A stretch of DNA of 64,000 nucleotides, from positions 169,694,001-169,758,000 of the forward strand of contig OX597814.1 in the NCBI GenBank assembly GCA_951406725.2, given 5' to 3'. How positions within the stretch are numbered: position 1 is the stretch's first letter; the number at the start of each line of letters is the position of its first letter. Position numbers and translations under genes: made by a program. This document shows, piece by piece, positions 61,140 to 64,000 of this stretch. The notes under the pieces are model-generated. The model worked only from the letters and a program-made list of their open reading frames with translations. It had not been told where the DNA came from and made no database searches. The DNA comes from Octopus vulgaris (taxonomy: Eukaryota).

Positions 61140-62236
61140 ATAGTTTTTGTCGAGGCACATTTGAAACAGAATTGAGGAAATATTAATAACCACCTAGCCT
61201 ACAAACTCTGCCTCCATACAACAGGAAGGTTAGAATTTCTAAATATTAATCAAATTGCTCATAGAACAATGAACCTCTAGGGAGAAACATATAGAACAAC
61301 AACTTTTGCACCTACTCACATCCTTTTGTGAACACCAAAATACAAGATAACAAATTGCCATGCTAAGAACTCCTTGACATAGCAGACTAATAACCCTCAC
61401 CTTCCAAATACAAACAAGCAATATCCTAAATAACAACAAGTAAAGACTCTGACTGGCCAAAACATATTTACATTCTTTTGTAGACCTTTAAAAATTCCAC
61501 TACAAATATGTTAAGACACCCAATTACGAGGTTTCTAAAAACCTAGTGCCGGTGGCACGTAAAAAGCACCAACCGATCGTGGCCGTTGCCAGCCTCCCCT
61601 GGTACCTGTGCTGGTGGCACGTAAAAAGCACCCACTACACTCATGGAGTGGTTGGTGATAGGAAGGGCATCCAGCTGTAGAAACACTGCCAGATCAGACT
61701 GGAGCCTGGTGCAACCTCCTGGCTTCCCAGACCCCGGTCGAACCGTCCAACCCATGCTAGCATGGAAAACGGACGTTAAACAATGATGATGATGATGATG
61801 GGCTAAACAATGAACCCTTTCACCTTTACATTATCAAAGCAAAGGATTAAATCCAATAAAACCAAAATTAACTGAAACTACTGGCATATACTAGACCTAC
61901 CTACATCCTATTTGTGAACAACTAAAAAAAAAACAATCCCAATAACTGAAGTGGAGACACCTAAACATACATACCTGCTAACAAAGTTCTACATAGATGA
62001 ATAAATTCTAAATATTAACACAACTACAAAAATTAATTAAAAAAAACACCTCTATACCACAACCCACCCTACAACCCAATTTCCTCTCCACTCAAACCCA
62101 CATACCCAAGGAAGATTTTAACTCTAACAGAGACTATACAAAGCCAACACTAACTTCAAAGCATTGCACTCTGATGATAGGTTAACTGGTCAAAACTTTG
62201 AAGTCACTGTCAATAATAAGCTTGTTTAAGAATAAT
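61140..62236 (+). mobile_element. Highly decayed Penelope-like element with hammerhead relic, split by SINE A
   Basis: A/C-rich decayed coding-like tract, CTGATGA..AAAACTTTGAAGTC at 62171-62205, AATAAA and a (TA)n end. Confidence 0.45.
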
Positions 62237-62380
62237 AAATATATATATATATATATATGATATATAATATATTTACATTCTGAGTTCAAATTCTGCCAAG
62301 GTCGACTTTGCCTTTCATCCTATTGGGGATGATAAATTAAGTACCAGTTGTGTACAGGGATCGATCTAATTGAGTGGCCT

Positions 62381-62416
<36 letters not shown>

Positions 62417-62442
62417 GCACAAACACACACACACACATATAC

Positions 62443-62481
<39 letters not shown>

Positions 62482-62867
62482 CTGAAATGCGTTTTTACCG
62501 CTTGGATCACTTTCAATGCCACTACATCCCGTCCGATTCGTTCCAAAATTTACATGGACATGTAGAATGAGGCGACGATGCTCGGTGGCTGCCTTAGAAA
62601 TCCCTATCTTAAAAGGTGTGGTTGCTAGGGGCCATCTTCCTCACTCACGCTATTTCCTCCAGTACCCTCTCACTCCTCTTCATGTATAACTTTGACAGTT
62701 CCACTACCGTTATTTAAAGTATCTGTCACTCTCGCTATTTCCTCTCTTTTTCACTCACTCTGTTTCTTACCTTCCCATCACATCGGCTTTCTTTTATGTA
62801 TCTGTCTGTCACCAACAACACATGAGCATGATAACAAATATTATGAATCAGATATTCTTGCATTCAT

Positions 62868-62914
62868 TTATATGTGTGTGTGTGTGTGTTCTATATATAA
62901 ATATGTATATATAA

Positions 62915-62945
<31 letters not shown>

Positions 62946-63208
62946 TCTATATATAAATATGTATATATAATGTATGTGTGTGTGTGTGTGTTCTATATAT
63001 AAATATGTATATAAAATGTATGTGTGTGTGTATGTGTTCTATATATAAATATGTATATATAATATATGTATGTGTGTGTGTGTGTGTTCTCTATATAAAT
63101 ATGTATATATAATGTATGTGTGTGTGTGTTCTATATATAAATATGTATATATAATGTATGTGTGTGTGTGTGTTCTATATATAAATATGTATATATAATG
63201 TATATATA
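62868..63208. repeat. Minisatellite (GT)n-TCTATATATAAATATGTATATATAATGTAT, about 7 units
   Basis: Directly visible. Confidence 0.92.
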
Positions 63209-63757
63209 CAAAGTGTATATATCTGTATTTATGTATATTAAACTTTTTCATACTTTTTCATAGTTATATATATTTTTAAACAAATTATAAATATAAGTTA
63301 ATAATTTTTATTTTCAATTTAAATAATTTAAATTTTTCAATTTTATATTTTCTATATTTTCTATATTATATTTTTTCTTTTTTGTTTTTGTTTTTGGTTT
63401 TTCTCTGTTTGATTTGCCTATTAGTGGTTTTATCTCTAATTTAATTTATACAGATATATATCTCATTTGTATACATTTGTATATATAATGCGTACACACA
63501 CACACATATATATACACACATATATATATATATATAATGTGTGCCTTACGTAGTTGGTCGATTCAGCTGAAAATATGCACACCTATGTTAAAAGTGCTGG
63601 CAAGATTGCATGACAACTATTTTTTTTCCTCATCTTATAAAATGTGGCCCCAGTAGACCCGAATGAAATCGGGTTATATTAACCAAATTGTGAAAAGGGG
63701 TCTAAATGGGGCTGGAAGGGGATTAAAATTTTAAGGAGCGGGTGTTTAGGAATTCTC

Positions 63758-64000
63758 TGTTACATCAAGCTAAAAAATTTGCACCAGCCTTTTAATCATC
63801 AATGTGTTGCTGTCCATGATAAAGAAGTTTTGAATGCTTGCCATGGTGAGTCTACTGTCGTGAGAAAGAATCACTTCAAAACTTGGTGTTTACGAATTTT
63901 CTTTTACATCAAGTTCAAAATTTTATGCCAGCCGTTAAACTGTCAATACGTTGCTGTCCGTCGTTAAGAAATGCCAGCCATGGTGACTCTACTATCCTCA
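63758..64000. repeat. Diverged tandem repeat with period about 144 bp
   Basis: TTACATCAAG at 63760 and 63904; GTTGCTGTCC and GCCATGGTGA.TCTACT are repeated. Confidence 0.7.

Overview
AT-rich, microsatellite-dense eukaryotic DNA. The tRNA-derived SINE families look like those I recall from Octopus, so the host is probably a cephalopod (inference, not a database hit). I found no intact host protein-coding gene, rRNA, true tRNA or CRISPR array, and most ORFs in the track are microsatellite or SINE artefacts. The window is a nested mosaic of decayed mobile elements: four SINE modules, Penelope-like elements (two with Naiad-type GIY-YIG domains), R4/Dong-like, HERO-like, RTE and CR1-like LINE fragments, a Gypsy remnant, Tc1, mariner and Tigger transposons, Helitrons, and piggyBac-like and Merlin-like MITEs. 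The most notable signal is a nearly intact minimal hammerhead ribozyme at 60419-60507, just downstream of a Penelope GIY-YIG ORF. Several more decayed hammerhead relics from unrelated Penelope termini also occur, often as fold-back pairs in (TA)n tracts. Candidate regulatory modules lie at 12.95 kb (CCAAT x3 plus CHR) and 52.4 kb (X-box plus CCAAT), and weak candidate exons lie at 9.45 kb and 17.8 kb. Coordinates were counted by hand and the ends of decayed elements are approximate.
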